A DNA stretch of 64,000 nt, from the NCBI GenBank assembly GCA_963710755.1, contig CAVQBK010000007.1, forward strand, positions 76,796 to 140,795, given 5' to 3'. The translations under genes and the position numbers were made by a program. The notes under the pieces are model-generated. The model made no database searches. It had not been told where the DNA came from and saw nothing but the letters and a program-made list of their open reading frames with translations. Positions 20,052-29,576 of this stretch are shown piece by piece (the first letter of the stretch is position 1; every line of letters starts with the position of its first letter). This DNA comes from an uncultured bacterium (GTDB taxonomy: Bacteria > Oederibacteriota > JAAXVQ01 > JAUVAV01).

Positions 20052-22400
20052 TTGCTGCAATTTAAAAATGGAAAATTAGTACTGGTGAAGCACAAACCAG
20101 TTCATGTGCTCGCGGGGCCGATTTCCGACGGCCCTGTAGCCCATCCTGTTGGTCAATCAATGATGACACCCCTGCAGATTCGTTTGATCGGATTGCTGGT
20201 GGTGTTGCTGTTGCTCGCCAATTATTGCTGGCTCTATGTTGACCGGAAGCCATTTGCCTGGGATGAATCCATCCACTACCTCGGCGCTATGGGCTATTAC
20301 CAGGCCTGGTTAGGCCAGGGATTGCAGGGGTTGCGCCATTTTTTCACCCAATCAGACTTTTATCCTCCTCTGACGGAATGGTTAACCGGTTTGATCTTCC
20401 GTCTGACCGGTCCGCGACCGGATACGGCCTCGTTTTTAAATCTGTTTTATCTAACGGCCATTTTAGGTCTTTTAATCAGTCTTGGCCGGCGCTGGAAGAG
20501 CATGGATGCGGCCATCATGGCCGGCTATTTGTTTTTGACCTCGGCCTTGGTTAGCTTGCAGTCCAAGTTGTTTATGCTCGACATCCCCCTGACCTTTTAT
20601 GTGCTGCTGGCTGTCTGGAGCTTTGACCGGAGCCGGCATTTTCGAAAACGTAGCTGGTCTCTGGTTTACGGCTTGGCGTTTGGGTTGGCCATGCTGACCA
20701 AATGGAGTGCGCTCTTTTTTCTCGCCTTGCCGCCGGTGATCTCCGTGGTCATCACAAGTTGGAAAACCTCCAAGCACCGCGGTGATCGTTGGCTTAATCT
20801 GACACTGGCCTATACGGTTGCCTTGGTGATTGCTTTTCCCTGGTATGCTCTGCACTTAATCAAACTGGTTAAAAACACCTCGGGTTATCTGTATGAACGT
20901 GGAGCTTTGGAAAATGATCCGTCTTTGGCCACAGTGCAGGCTTGGCTCTATTATCCCTTGGCCATTTTAAGGCAATTGTCCTTGCCTGCGGGGTTGCTGG
21001 CGCTGGGTGGATTTGGGTGGGCCCTGGTTAAAAAGAAAGCGGTCATGCCGGCCTGGCTATGGGTAATTCTGCCTTGCCTGATCCTGACGCTGATTCGCAG
21101 CAAGGATACCCATTATACCATGCCACTGTTGCCTGTCTGTGGATTGATCGCTTTGCTCTGGATACAGGGACTTCGGCAGGAGCTGCGCGCTCGCCTGATG
21201 GTCGTCATGGCCGTACTTTTGAGCGGTCAGATGATCTACAGCCATTTGGGAACCTATGCCGGTCCTATTTATAGAATGTTCAACCACACCTGGGAAGGGT
21301 TGCCGGTAGTGGAATCCCAAGCCCCTGATCACCGGCACTGGCCGTTGACAGAGATTCTGGCCGATGTTGAGCAGGCGGGCCGGGCGCTGGGACGTACGCC
21401 ATTATTACGGGTGATACCCGGCGCTGCATCCTTCAGCCGTGTGACCTTTGCGGTGGAACAGGCACGCCATCCCTATAACGTGCAATTATCCTCCATTACC
21501 AATTGGCCGGCTTTTACTGATTTTGCGGTGACCAAGACCGGGAGCCTTGGTCTGCCTTTTTTAATTAAAAACCAAACTGCCATTACGGAGGCCTTATTCA
21601 ACACGACCAGTGCCGAAGCCAGGGTTTTCCAATTGATCCGTCAATATAAACTGCCCGATGGCAGTCAGGCCCGTTTATACCAACGGGTGGCGCAACCCTT
21701 GCCAGAACTGGAGGCACCGGCCGTGATGACGATGCTACATCAGCATTTGGAAGGTCTGCTGGAAGATTATATTCACAACGCCAAGGATCTGAGCATTACG
21801 GTGGAATCCTATGATTCCGGCCAGACGAGGTTGGGCAGATTTAAGAGTATCAGAATCAGTGCCGGCCAGGGGTTGGTCGGCGACTTCAAGCGCCAAGCGC
21901 TGGCTGTGCCATTTAATAAAATCGACGTGATACTGGAAGACGTGACTCTGGATTTGAAGGCCCTCACTTCCGGCCGCTTGCTGCCCTATGCCTTGAAGAG
22001 TCTTGAAGTTAAGAACCTGACCATGGAGGCCAACGCCTTGAATAATACTTTGGCAGCTGCGCAAGGCGAGCTCAGGCAATGCCGGGTTAGCATGGATCAG
22101 GGTCGATTACGATTGCGTTACCTGGGGAAGTATCCGTTGGAAGTAACTCTGGGCCTGCAGGTTCAGACCGACTTGCATGATCAGCGTTCGGACAACCTTT
22201 ATGCCCATCTCCTGGAAATCGCCACATCCTGGGGCAGACTGCCGGCCGGGGTAGTGCAACTGATACTCAATGATTTCAACCCTTTGCTCAAGTTGTCCGG
22301 ATTTCCGGTCAGCGTGCGCTTAGGGAAGTGCAGGATCAGTCCACAGCAACTGCTGATCGGAACTTCCGTAGCGGAACCTGGCCAGACCGGTCAACCTTAA
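20052..22400 (+). CDS. GT-C fold (GT39/ArnT-like) glycosyltransferase with C-terminal DUF2993/LmeA-like domain
   Basis: WDESIHY, YPPL, FMLDIPLT, GLAMLTKW and KDTHYTMPLLP across many TM helices, then a beta-rich tail (RLGRFKSIRISA). Start may be 20160. Confidence 0.78.
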   Translation: MLQFKNGKLVLVKHKPVHVLAGPISDGPVAHPVGQSMMTPLQIRLIGLLVVLLLLANYCWLYVDRKPFAWDESIHYLGAMGYYQAWLGQGLQGLRHFFTQSDFYPPLTEWLTGLIFRLTGPRPDTASFLNLFYLTAILGLLISLGRRWKSMDAAIMAGYLFLTSALVSLQSKLFMLDIPLTFYVLLAVWSFDRSRHFRKRSWSLVYGLAFGLAMLTKWSALFFLALPPVISVVITSWKTSKHRGDRWLNLTLAYTVALVIAFPWYALHLIKLVKNTSGYLYERGALENDPSLATVQAWLYYPLAILRQLSLPAGLLALGGFGWALVKKKAVMPAWLWVILPCLILTLIRSKDTHYTMPLLPVCGLIALLWIQGLRQELRARLMVVMAVLLSGQMIYSHLGTYAGPIYRMFNHTWEGLPVVESQAPDHRHWPLTEILADVEQAGRALGRTPLLRVIPGAASFSRVTFAVEQARHPYNVQLSSITNWPAFTDFAVTKTGSLGLPFLIKNQTAITEALFNTTSAEARVFQLIRQYKLPDGSQARLYQRVAQPLPELEAPAVMTMLHQHLEGLLEDYIHNAKDLSITVESYDSGQTRLGRFKSIRISAGQGLVGDFKRQALAVPFNKIDVILEDVTLDLKALTSGRLLPYALKSLEVKNLTMEANALNNTLAAAQGELRQCRVSMDQGRLRLRYLGKYPLEVTLGLQVQTDLHDQRSDNLYAHLLEIATSWGRLPAGVVQLILNDFNPLLKLSGFPVSVRLGKCRISPQQLLIGTSVAEPGQTGQP

Positions 22401-22513
22401 TAACGGTGTAGGCGCAATGGGGGGATAAAAAAGCCCGACCCAGTTGCCTGCCAATGATCACTATCACAATACGGTTCTTAGGCTAGAAAGATATTTTTGT
22501 ACGATATAATGTA

Positions 22514-22541
22514 TATGGGACACGGCGTGCCGAGTCCTTAC
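22514..22541. repeat. Degenerate copy of the GTAG-type REP
   Basis: TATGGGACACGGCGTGCCGAGTCCTTAC aligns without gaps to 23748-23775 and shows a compensatory A-T pair. Confidence 0.55.
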
Positions 22542-22611
22542 AGGTTTCCCTGTGGGCAAAAGACGTCTTTGCGCAACAGAAACTAACTTAAAGAGGAGTA
22601 CACTGCCGCCA

Positions 22612-23010
22612 ATGCCCTTCCAGGAGAGAAGCTACAGATTTTTACCGGTAGTGCTGATTACCAGCTTGACCCAAGCCGCGCTGGCTTGGATCATGGCGAT
22701 CTGGAGTTTGGTATATGCTCCTGCCCCCATGCTGGCCGCAGCCGTGGTGGGTGCCCTGTTGTTGAAAAACGAAGAACGCTACGCCTCCCTGTTGGGGGCA
22801 ATGGCAGGCTTAGTCGGCGGCGCTTTGGCAGAGATCGCCTATCATGGGGTGCGTATGAAAAAAGTAGTCTCCTGGATTCAATTAACGCCTTGGGAACAGG
22901 TGCTCTTGGCTGCGGCGGAAACCGTGCTGTATGCAGCCTTGCTCAGTTTTTTTATGGGTTTCTTCAGTGGCTTATTTAGAAAATCTTTGTTCACTGGCCA
23001 TGATAAATGA
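22612..23010 (+). CDS. Hypothetical membrane protein
   Basis: About 4 hydrophobic segments. GAGGAG upstream of ATG 22612. Confidence 0.65.
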   Translation: MPFQERSYRFLPVVLITSLTQAALAWIMAIWSLVYAPAPMLAAAVVGALLLKNEERYASLLGAMAGLVGGALAEIAYHGVRMKKVVSWIQLTPWEQVLLAAAETVLYAALLSFFMGFFSGLFRKSLFTGHDK

Positions 23011-23042
23011 CCTGTGCTTGGCAGAGCGGACAAAGTCAGGAA

Positions 23043-23648
23043 CTAAAGGGATATAAAGGAATTAACAGCCGGCTTGATTTCAGTTGGAATTACGCCGGAA
23101 AGGAAATTGATCAGGATGGCAAAAATAAAGCAGAACAAGACGAACAAGACGACCTTGTTAACAAGTCGCAGCCAGTTGATCACCATTTGTTGTCGCAGCA
23201 CGGCCGCAAAGCTGATCCAATAACTGAACAAAATGATAATGCCCGCCAATCCCGCCAACCCGCCTATTATGGCCTCGGTCTTGTCGAACATGAAATCATT
23301 GATGAGCAGGAAATAAATCAAAGGCGAGAGGATCGTGAAAAAGACCATAACCAACAAAAGGGCATAACTGCTGAAGCCTTGGAAAGGGTCCTCTTCCGTC
23401 CAGGCTTCCCGAAGCGCGAGCAGTGATTGCTTTTGAATCAGACGGCCCATGAGCAAAGCCAAAAGTAACTGCACCATAAAGGTGAAAAAAGAGACAAAGC
23501 CGATTAAATGAAAATTATTGTTGAAGTTAAAGGCATTATTTACAGTCAACAAGAAATAAACACTGCCCAGATGTCCCAGGCAGGTTAAAAAGGAAAGGAA
23601 AAAGAGGTGAAGGGCCGGTTGTTTGAGCGTTAGATCCGCGTTCTGCAT
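23043..23648 (-). CDS. Hypothetical membrane protein
   Basis: About 5 TM segments. AAGGA RBS. Confidence 0.7.
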   Translation of the reverse strand: MQNADLTLKQPALHLFFLSFLTCLGHLGSVYFLLTVNNAFNFNNNFHLIGFVSFFTFMVQLLLALLMGRLIQKQSLLALREAWTEEDPFQGFSSYALLLVMVFFTILSPLIYFLLINDFMFDKTEAIIGGLAGLAGIIILFSYWISFAAVLRQQMVINWLRLVNKVVLFVLFCFIFAILINFLSGVIPTEIKPAVNSFISL

Positions 23649-23747
23649 GTTTGTCCTTAGTTGGTTTCTATTGCGGAATAAATTATTTTTCAGTTAAGGC
23701 TATAAGTAGCTTGTTTTTATATCATCAATCGCTTCTAATCAAAGGGC

Positions 23748-23775
23748 GTAGGGGCACGGTATGCCGCGCCCCTAC
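23748..23775. repeat. GTAG-type REP-like palindrome
   Basis: GTAGGGGCACGG-TATG-CCGCGCCCCTAC. Same 28-nt architecture as 17624-17651, and both are preceded by GGC. Confidence 0.8.
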
Positions 23776-23880
23776 TCACAGTCCTGAATGGAAAAACTTA
23801 TTTCGTAACAAGAACCAGAAAAAGTTAAACTTATTATTGCCCAGGGAGGGCTATTTGGCAATGGGTAATCACCGGGCTCA

Positions 23881-24561
23881 TCAGCGCGCTTGCAGCTGAT
23901 GCTTAAGTTCCGTGAGGAAGACCAGATCGGCCGTGAATTTGGCCGCCCACTGCCGGTATAGATGAACGTCTTGGGAGGTGGGCTGTTTCAACCGGCGTTG
24001 TATATAAGCGATCGTGGTCTGGAGTTCATGGATGTGATGGTTTAAAAGATGGAAGCGTGCCCGGTACAATTCCGGGTCAGTGTCCGGACTTATTTGGGTG
24101 CGAAACTCCTGCAAATTCAAATGCGCTACCATGCGTTCAAACAGCCATTGGTCTGCCTCCACCCACAGACGCCGTTTGTCCGGACTAAGCAGGAGGGTCT
24201 GACTGCAATAAGCACGGTAGTTTTCAAGATGTTGCTGCAACTCCGGTTGCTGATTCTGCAACTGCTGATCAAGATGTTGCGCCTGCAGGATAAGCTGGTT
24301 GAGTTGTTGCAAATGCCGTTCCTGGCTGGAACGCCAAAATGGATTCCACGAATAACGATCCTCCTCATTGGCATTGCCCATGACATCCATGGTTTTGATG
24401 GTCTTTTTCAATTCTTCCAATTCCCGGGTGCGCGTCTCCCACTGATGCAACTGCGATCTGATCAGCGCCACGTCCGGGGCAGGTGCCGACCCCAGGGCTG
24501 CTGTGGATTGCAGTAAAGCCAGCAACAATAGAATTATTAAGCCTGGATAAAAAGGGCGCAT
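23881..24561 (-). CDS. Exported coiled-coil hypothetical protein
   Basis: Signal peptide and Q/L-rich heptads. Starts 1 nt after the response regulator stop. Confidence 0.7.
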   Translation of the reverse strand: MRPFYPGLIILLLLALLQSTAALGSAPAPDVALIRSQLHQWETRTRELEELKKTIKTMDVMGNANEEDRYSWNPFWRSSQERHLQQLNQLILQAQHLDQQLQNQQPELQQHLENYRAYCSQTLLLSPDKRRLWVEADQWLFERMVAHLNLQEFRTQISPDTDPELYRARFHLLNHHIHELQTTIAYIQRRLKQPTSQDVHLYRQWAAKFTADLVFLTELKHQLQAR

Positions 24562-24562
24562 A

Positions 24563-25894
24563 TTACCTTTCAGAAATCAAATTATATTTATTAAGTTTAT
24601 ATTGCAAGGTGCTGCGTTGAATCCCCAGTAGTTTGGCCGCTTGCGCTTGATTGCCGCCGGAATGCCCCAAAGCCTCCTGAATCAATTTTTTTTCAATCTC
24701 TTCCAGAATTTGATTGATGTTTTTCTGGCCCAAGGTCACTTCCTGACTCGGCCGAGTCAGAGCTGCATCCACACGCAGCGACTCCTGGGTGGATAGGATA
24801 ACTGCACGTTCAATGATGTTTTCCAATTCTCTCACATTGCCGGGCCAGCTATAATCCAGCAAAATACGTTCGGAAAATTTGGTGAGCTTCAACTGTTTGC
24901 CCGGAGCTTTGGTGGCCATGAAATGGTGGGCCAACAAAATGATGTCATCCTTGCGTTCCCGCAGGGGAGGCAGTTCGATGGGGAACACGTTCATACGCCA
25001 ATAGAGGTCTTCGCGGAATTTGCCGGCTTTGATCATCTCTTTCAAATCCCGATGGGTGGCGGCAATGATACGCACATCTACTTTGATGGGCTGGTTCGAG
25101 CCGACCCGTTCAAAGACCTTGTTTTCCAGGAATTTAAGCAGTTTGACCTGAATTTCCAAGGGGATTTCACCCAATTCATCCAAAAATAAAGTGCCGCCGT
25201 CGGATATTTCCAGCCGGCCCTTGCGCAATCCGGTGGCCCCGGTGAAGGCACCTTTTTCATGTCCGAACAGTTCGCTTTCGATCAAATTTTGGCTGTAAGC
25301 GGCGCAGTGTACGGTGATGAACGGACCCGAAGCTCGGTGGCTTTTTTGGTGCAAGGTGCGTGCCACCATTTCCTTGCCCGTACCCGACTCGCCGGTGATC
25401 AACACGGTGGATTCGGTGCTGGCCACCTTTTCGATTAAATGATAAATGGTTTGCATGGCCTCCGACTGTCCGATAAGCTGTCCGAATTTCAAATTGTTTT
25501 CATGGCTCAAGTAGGTATTTTGTTCCTGTAGTTGTTTGGACTTAAGCAGGCGTGTGACTTTATGTTCAATCTCTTCCACCCGGAAAGGTTTAACCACATA
25601 ATCATCGGCGCCGGCTTTGATGGCTTCCACGGCGTTCTCGATGGAACCGTAGGCCGTCATCATCATGATGGGCATTTCCGGATACTGTTCTTTGATCTCT
25701 CTCAACAAATCCAAGCCGGAGCCGTCAGGCAGCCTCTGATCGGTAATCACCAGATCAAGCAGGTTTTTCATCACCTGATCTCTGGCCTGTTCCAAATTCA
25801 TGGAGGTTAGAACCGTATGACCATGGGAAGCCAGGATACGGCGAAGGACGTCGAGGATGTTAAATTCGTCTTCAATCAATAACAAGGTGGCCAT
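24563..25894 (-). CDS. Sigma54-dependent response regulator (NtrC/ZraR family)
   Basis: Receiver domain (IEDE, TDQRLPD, KPF), [31 protein letters not shown] and a Fis HTH. True start [10 protein letters not shown] at 25894. Confidence 0.96.
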   Translation of the reverse strand: MATLLLIEDEFNILDVLRRILASHGHTVLTSMNLEQARDQVMKNLLDLVITDQRLPDGSGLDLLREIKEQYPEMPIMMMTAYGSIENAVEAIKAGADDYVVKPFRVEEIEHKVTRLLKSKQLQEQNTYLSHENNLKFGQLIGQSEAMQTIYHLIEKVASTESTVLITGESGTGKEMVARTLHQKSHRASGPFITVHCAAYSQNLIESELFGHEKGAFTGATGLRKGRLEISDGGTLFLDELGEIPLEIQVKLLKFLENKVFERVGSNQPIKVDVRIIAATHRDLKEMIKAGKFREDLYWRMNVFPIELPPLRERKDDIILLAHHFMATKAPGKQLKLTKFSERILLDYSWPGNVRELENIIERAVILSTQESLRVDAALTRPSQEVTLGQKNINQILEEIEKKLIQEALGHSGGNQAQAAKLLGIQRSTLQYKLNKYNLISER

Positions 25895-27299
25895 GAGGCA
25901 ACTCCTTAGGGAGATGAAATATAAGGATGAAAAGCGATCCTCGGGAACTGCTACGGTAGGCAATCCGGCCATGATGGGCACTGATGATGTTTTTAGCGAT
26001 GGCCAGGCCCAGGCCGGAGCCACGGGCTTTACTGGAATTAAAAGGGGTAAAAAGTTTTTTTCGTGCTTCCGGTGGAATGCCTGGGCCCTTATCCTTTACA
26101 TAAATATACAGACGATGTTTGCCTGTCCGTGCTCCGATCACAATAGGGTCTTCTGGCCCGCTGGCTTCGCGGGCATTGATGACGAAATTGCGCAGCACCG
26201 TACGGAGAGCGTTGCGGTCAAGCATCATCGCCGGCAGGGGCGGCACAACCTGCAGCAGGCAGTGGTGATCTTCCTTGCGCACGTCTTGCAGCAAGTCCAG
26301 GATATCGATTTTCTCCAACTGGAGATTGGGCTGACGGGCATAATCCATCATATACTGGATAATGCTGTTCATGCGGTTGATCTCCTGTCGGATACGATCC
26401 AATAATTCCATCGTGCTTTCCAGACGGCCGGCCCGCTGCTCACGATCGATCAAGTCAATCATACCGCTGATGCCGGTCAGGGGATTGCGGATCTCGTGGG
26501 CTACGCCGGCGGCTAAAATCTTCATGTTGGACAGGCGGTTTTCATGCTCTCTGGTAATCTGTTCCTGGCGTTGTTTGAGTTTTTCCACGGTCTCGTTGAA
26601 AGCGCGCAGCAGATAAGCGATTTCGTCGCGCCCTCTGACCTTGATCAGAGGACGGTCGTAACCGGATTGCAATAGGAGAAACCCACGAGTTAATTTAGAC
26701 AAACGCCGGGACAAGAGTCCTATAAAAAACCAGCTGGCAGCCATGGCGAGCAGTCCGCCTAACAAAAGCGTGGTGTTTTGTCGGTGACGGACTTTTTTGA
26801 TAACCGCGTACATCTGGCTACCTGCGGATAAATGTAATCGGTAGCCGTGAGGCAGGGTAAGATTATAAGCCTTATGCCATTCGCCGTACTGACTGCGATA
26901 AAGGATGGCGCCCTGTGAAGTAGGCTGGTTATTACCGGGGGACATAAACAACGCTCCCGGCGGCAATTGACGACTGTCCAGACAAACACGGCCTTCCGGG
27001 TTAGTCAGGCAGAGCCGGTCCAATTGATGATGTTTAACAAAAGCTCGAACCCGCGTACGGTCTTTTTGGAATATTAAGGTGGTCACATCAGCGCGGCTGT
27101 AACTAAGCAGCCTTTCCATGGGCATGGTGGCCTGGAATTGGTCACCCAAAAGGGCTAAGCGTTCATCAAATTGACGATCCAGAGCCGCCAAAAAATGACT
27201 TTCTGCGATCCAGCCATAAAGGAGCAGGCTGGGGGTTATGGTCATGAGGATGATGAGAAACAACTTTTGCTTTAGTGACCAGAATAAGAATGTTTTCAT
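25872..27299 (-). CDS. Membrane sensor histidine kinase (HAMP, HisKA, HATPase)
   Basis: 2 TM, GRDEIAYL HAMP, AHEIRNPL, NAREA, DKGPGI, GSGLGL. Confidence 0.95.
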   Translation of the reverse strand: MKTFLFWSLKQKLFLIILMTITPSLLLYGWIAESHFLAALDRQFDERLALLGDQFQATMPMERLLSYSRADVTTLIFQKDRTRVRAFVKHHQLDRLCLTNPEGRVCLDSRQLPPGALFMSPGNNQPTSQGAILYRSQYGEWHKAYNLTLPHGYRLHLSAGSQMYAVIKKVRHRQNTTLLLGGLLAMAASWFFIGLLSRRLSKLTRGFLLLQSGYDRPLIKVRGRDEIAYLLRAFNETVEKLKQRQEQITREHENRLSNMKILAAGVAHEIRNPLTGISGMIDLIDREQRAGRLESTMELLDRIRQEINRMNSIIQYMMDYARQPNLQLEKIDILDLLQDVRKEDHHCLLQVVPPLPAMMLDRNALRTVLRNFVINAREASGPEDPIVIGARTGKHRLYIYVKDKGPGIPPEARKKLFTPFNSSKARGSGLGLAIAKNIISAHHGRIAYRSSSRGSLFILIFHLPKELPHGHLVID

Positions 27300-27342
27300 G
27301 CGGACTTCATCCCCTCGCCGGTTTCAATGGCATTATGAAAAC

Positions 27343-27372
27343 CAGCCTCACGGTACTATTGCCAAGAGGCTG
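27343..27372 (-). terminator. Possible weak terminator or hairpin between the barrel gene and the kinase
   Basis: CAGCCTC/GAGGCTG stem followed on the minus strand by GTTTT. Confidence 0.3.
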
Positions 27373-27388
27373 AGATAAAGAACCGAAT

Positions 27389-28696
27389 TTAAAATTTAAC
27401 GGCCATCCCCAGGGTAAATGTACGATAGGTAAAGTTGTTTAACACTGTGGCCGGGGCTGTGGAATTGGAAGCCTGACTGATGACATGCACACTAAGAAAT
27501 ACATGGGCCCAGGAAACCCACAAAGCTTGCTTCAAGGTAAGGCCCAGATCATGACTGAGCTCCCAATGGGGTGAATCAAAGAAATAGGCTGTCTGCGTGG
27601 CGCCGGCATCGATAAAGCGATAGGCCGGACGGTGGGGAAACTGTTTGGATTGAAGGGTATACAGCAACGCTCCTTTGGGGGTTTGTCCGGCCACCTTGAA
27701 GGCAAAGGTGAAACTATAAAGCAGGCGGAGTCGATATTGATAGTAGTCAAAATAAGCAGGCAGGTAAACATCCTGCTGAGGATCATAAAAATGCTGATTG
27801 GAATGGCGAGCCCTAAAACCACCATCCAGTTCCAACTGATGATAGCTATTAATCAGAAAGGGGAACTCCACAAAGATGTCCAGGTATTGGTCCTGACGCT
27901 GTTGTGGGCTTATGACCGGGCCAGGCAGAATTATCGGTTGCTCATGGTAGTTCACCCATTTTCCTCTTAATTCCACGTTGGTCAGTACGGCCTGGCGATC
28001 CCAGGTCATTTCCTGCCTGAGCCAGCCTTCGTGAACACCAATATCCAGATCATGCAACCCTGCCGGCAACCCGGCAGTGGTGAGGCCGGCCAGTTCATAG
28101 GCTGCGATCTGCTCTGCATTGGTGGCATGAGGATATTTACGCTCATAACTTTTATATCCCCATTTGGTGCGCATGGGCCAACTCCCGGCGGTATAAGCGG
28201 CGCGCATCTCCGCCCAAAAACCCAGATCATAAAAACTGAATAAGCCACCGGCCAGGGTTTCATCTTCCGGCCGTTGATTCAAGTCTATATTATAAAACCC
28301 TTTCAATTTAAATTGCCAGGTTTTGCCCAATTGGTAATTACCGCCCAACAGGGTGTTACAACGGAAGGTTTTCTTAAAAACAAAGGATTCATCTTCGATG
28401 TTGAGCACATTGTCCGTGCCAAAATACTCGACTTCCACGGAGGGCGTGATCCACAAATTGGACCAGTCTGTAAATCCCAGGTTGGGGGCTGCCAACAGAT
28501 AAAAATTATCGGCAAGCGATTGCTGATTAAGCGTGTAAGCACCCGACGCCGGGGTGGTGCTGATGGTGGCGGAACTTAAGGCCAAACTGGATTCGAGTAT
28601 GGGCGCCAGGACGACCTTGGCTGCGGCCTGACTTTGACTTGCCCCCAGGCAACCCAGGATTATGAATACTATCATTGGACTATGCCGATGTTTCAT
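27389..28696 (-). CDS. Putative outer-membrane beta-barrel protein
   Basis: Signal peptide (SQAA), aromatic-rich amphipathic strands, C-terminal ...LGMAVKF. AAGGAG RBS before 28696. Confidence 0.72.
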   Translation of the reverse strand: MKHRHSPMIVFIILGCLGASQSQAAAKVVLAPILESSLALSSATISTTPASGAYTLNQQSLADNFYLLAAPNLGFTDWSNLWITPSVEVEYFGTDNVLNIEDESFVFKKTFRCNTLLGGNYQLGKTWQFKLKGFYNIDLNQRPEDETLAGGLFSFYDLGFWAEMRAAYTAGSWPMRTKWGYKSYERKYPHATNAEQIAAYELAGLTTAGLPAGLHDLDIGVHEGWLRQEMTWDRQAVLTNVELRGKWVNYHEQPIILPGPVISPQQRQDQYLDIFVEFPFLINSYHQLELDGGFRARHSNQHFYDPQQDVYLPAYFDYYQYRLRLLYSFTFAFKVAGQTPKGALLYTLQSKQFPHRPAYRFIDAGATQTAYFFDSPHWELSHDLGLTLKQALWVSWAHVFLSVHVISQASNSTAPATVLNNFTYRTFTLGMAVKF

Positions 28697-28884
28697 GGCC
28701 GGCTCCTTTGGCGTATGAATATTCGTCACATGGGTTCATAAAAAAAGCCCTTCCTGAAAATAATGGGATAAAAGTCCCTTCCAGGTATTGGCTGGTACTC
28801 CTTGTTGGTTTGTAATTGGCCAACAATACTTCCTTTTTACCTTCTTCACTTAAAAAAAATACGACTGAAGAAAGTCCAATGCGG

Positions 28885-29229
28885 CTAAGGTCTCTTGCCA
28901 TGATAATGATCAAGGCTGCAGCCACGGTGGAGATGCAACCCCGTGATCACCGTGGCTAGGGCCAGATCATGATTCCATTGCAATTGAAATTGATCCTGGT
29001 AACCATCCCAGCGTAATAATTCCTTTGTGGTTAAACCTCGGGATGTGCTCTCGGCTTTAGCGCCAAGAGCTTGGTTTGCAGAAACAAGCAGCATATGATC
29101 GGCGTTTAACTTTTCCTCTATGGTTTCTCTTATGCGATCTATATTGCGATAATCATCAATGGGACGCAAGGCCCAGCTTGAGCTCAACTGCAAGGCCAGT
29201 GTGGCTGCCAGGAAGATAATTATTTTCAT
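28885..29229 (-). CDS. Small exported hypothetical protein
   Basis: GGAGGAGG RBS. Signal peptide MKIIIFLAATLALQLSSSWA. Confidence 0.72.
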   Translation of the reverse strand: MKIIIFLAATLALQLSSSWALRPIDDYRNIDRIRETIEEKLNADHMLLVSANQALGAKAESTSRGLTTKELLRWDGYQDQFQLQWNHDLALATVITGLHLHRGCSLDHYHGKRP

Positions 29230-29270
29230 TGAAAAACACCTCCTCCCTACAGAACGTACATATATTAGTA

Positions 29271-29287
29271 TGCAAATTTGATTCCAA
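29271..29287 (-). promoter_or_regulatory. Putative sigma54 (-24/-12) promoter
   Basis: Minus strand TTGGAATCAAATTTGCA is GG-N10-GC with the TTGG/TTGCA context, about 40 nt upstream of the 29229 start, in a locus encoding a sigma54 activator. Confidence 0.65.
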
Positions 29288-29576
29288 TTTCAAATGTTCT
29301 CCGGACTTTATCAAGACCTTTAATCTCCTAAACAAGGCGGGCAACTGCTTTATCAACAATGAAATTTCAGGCTTGCCCACCGTGAAAGCTTAGCATGAAA
29401 AAAAATAAATTAATCGAGTGACTGAAAATCATACGAACGCCCAAAAACCGTCGCTGTATAGTTAACCGCATTTTGCCGTTACTACCACTAATGGCCTGAC
29501 GTCCAGTTGTTTGTATATAACCAGGGTCATTCCATATCCAGGGACACGTTCTGTCCAACCTAGGTTAGGAAGCGTA

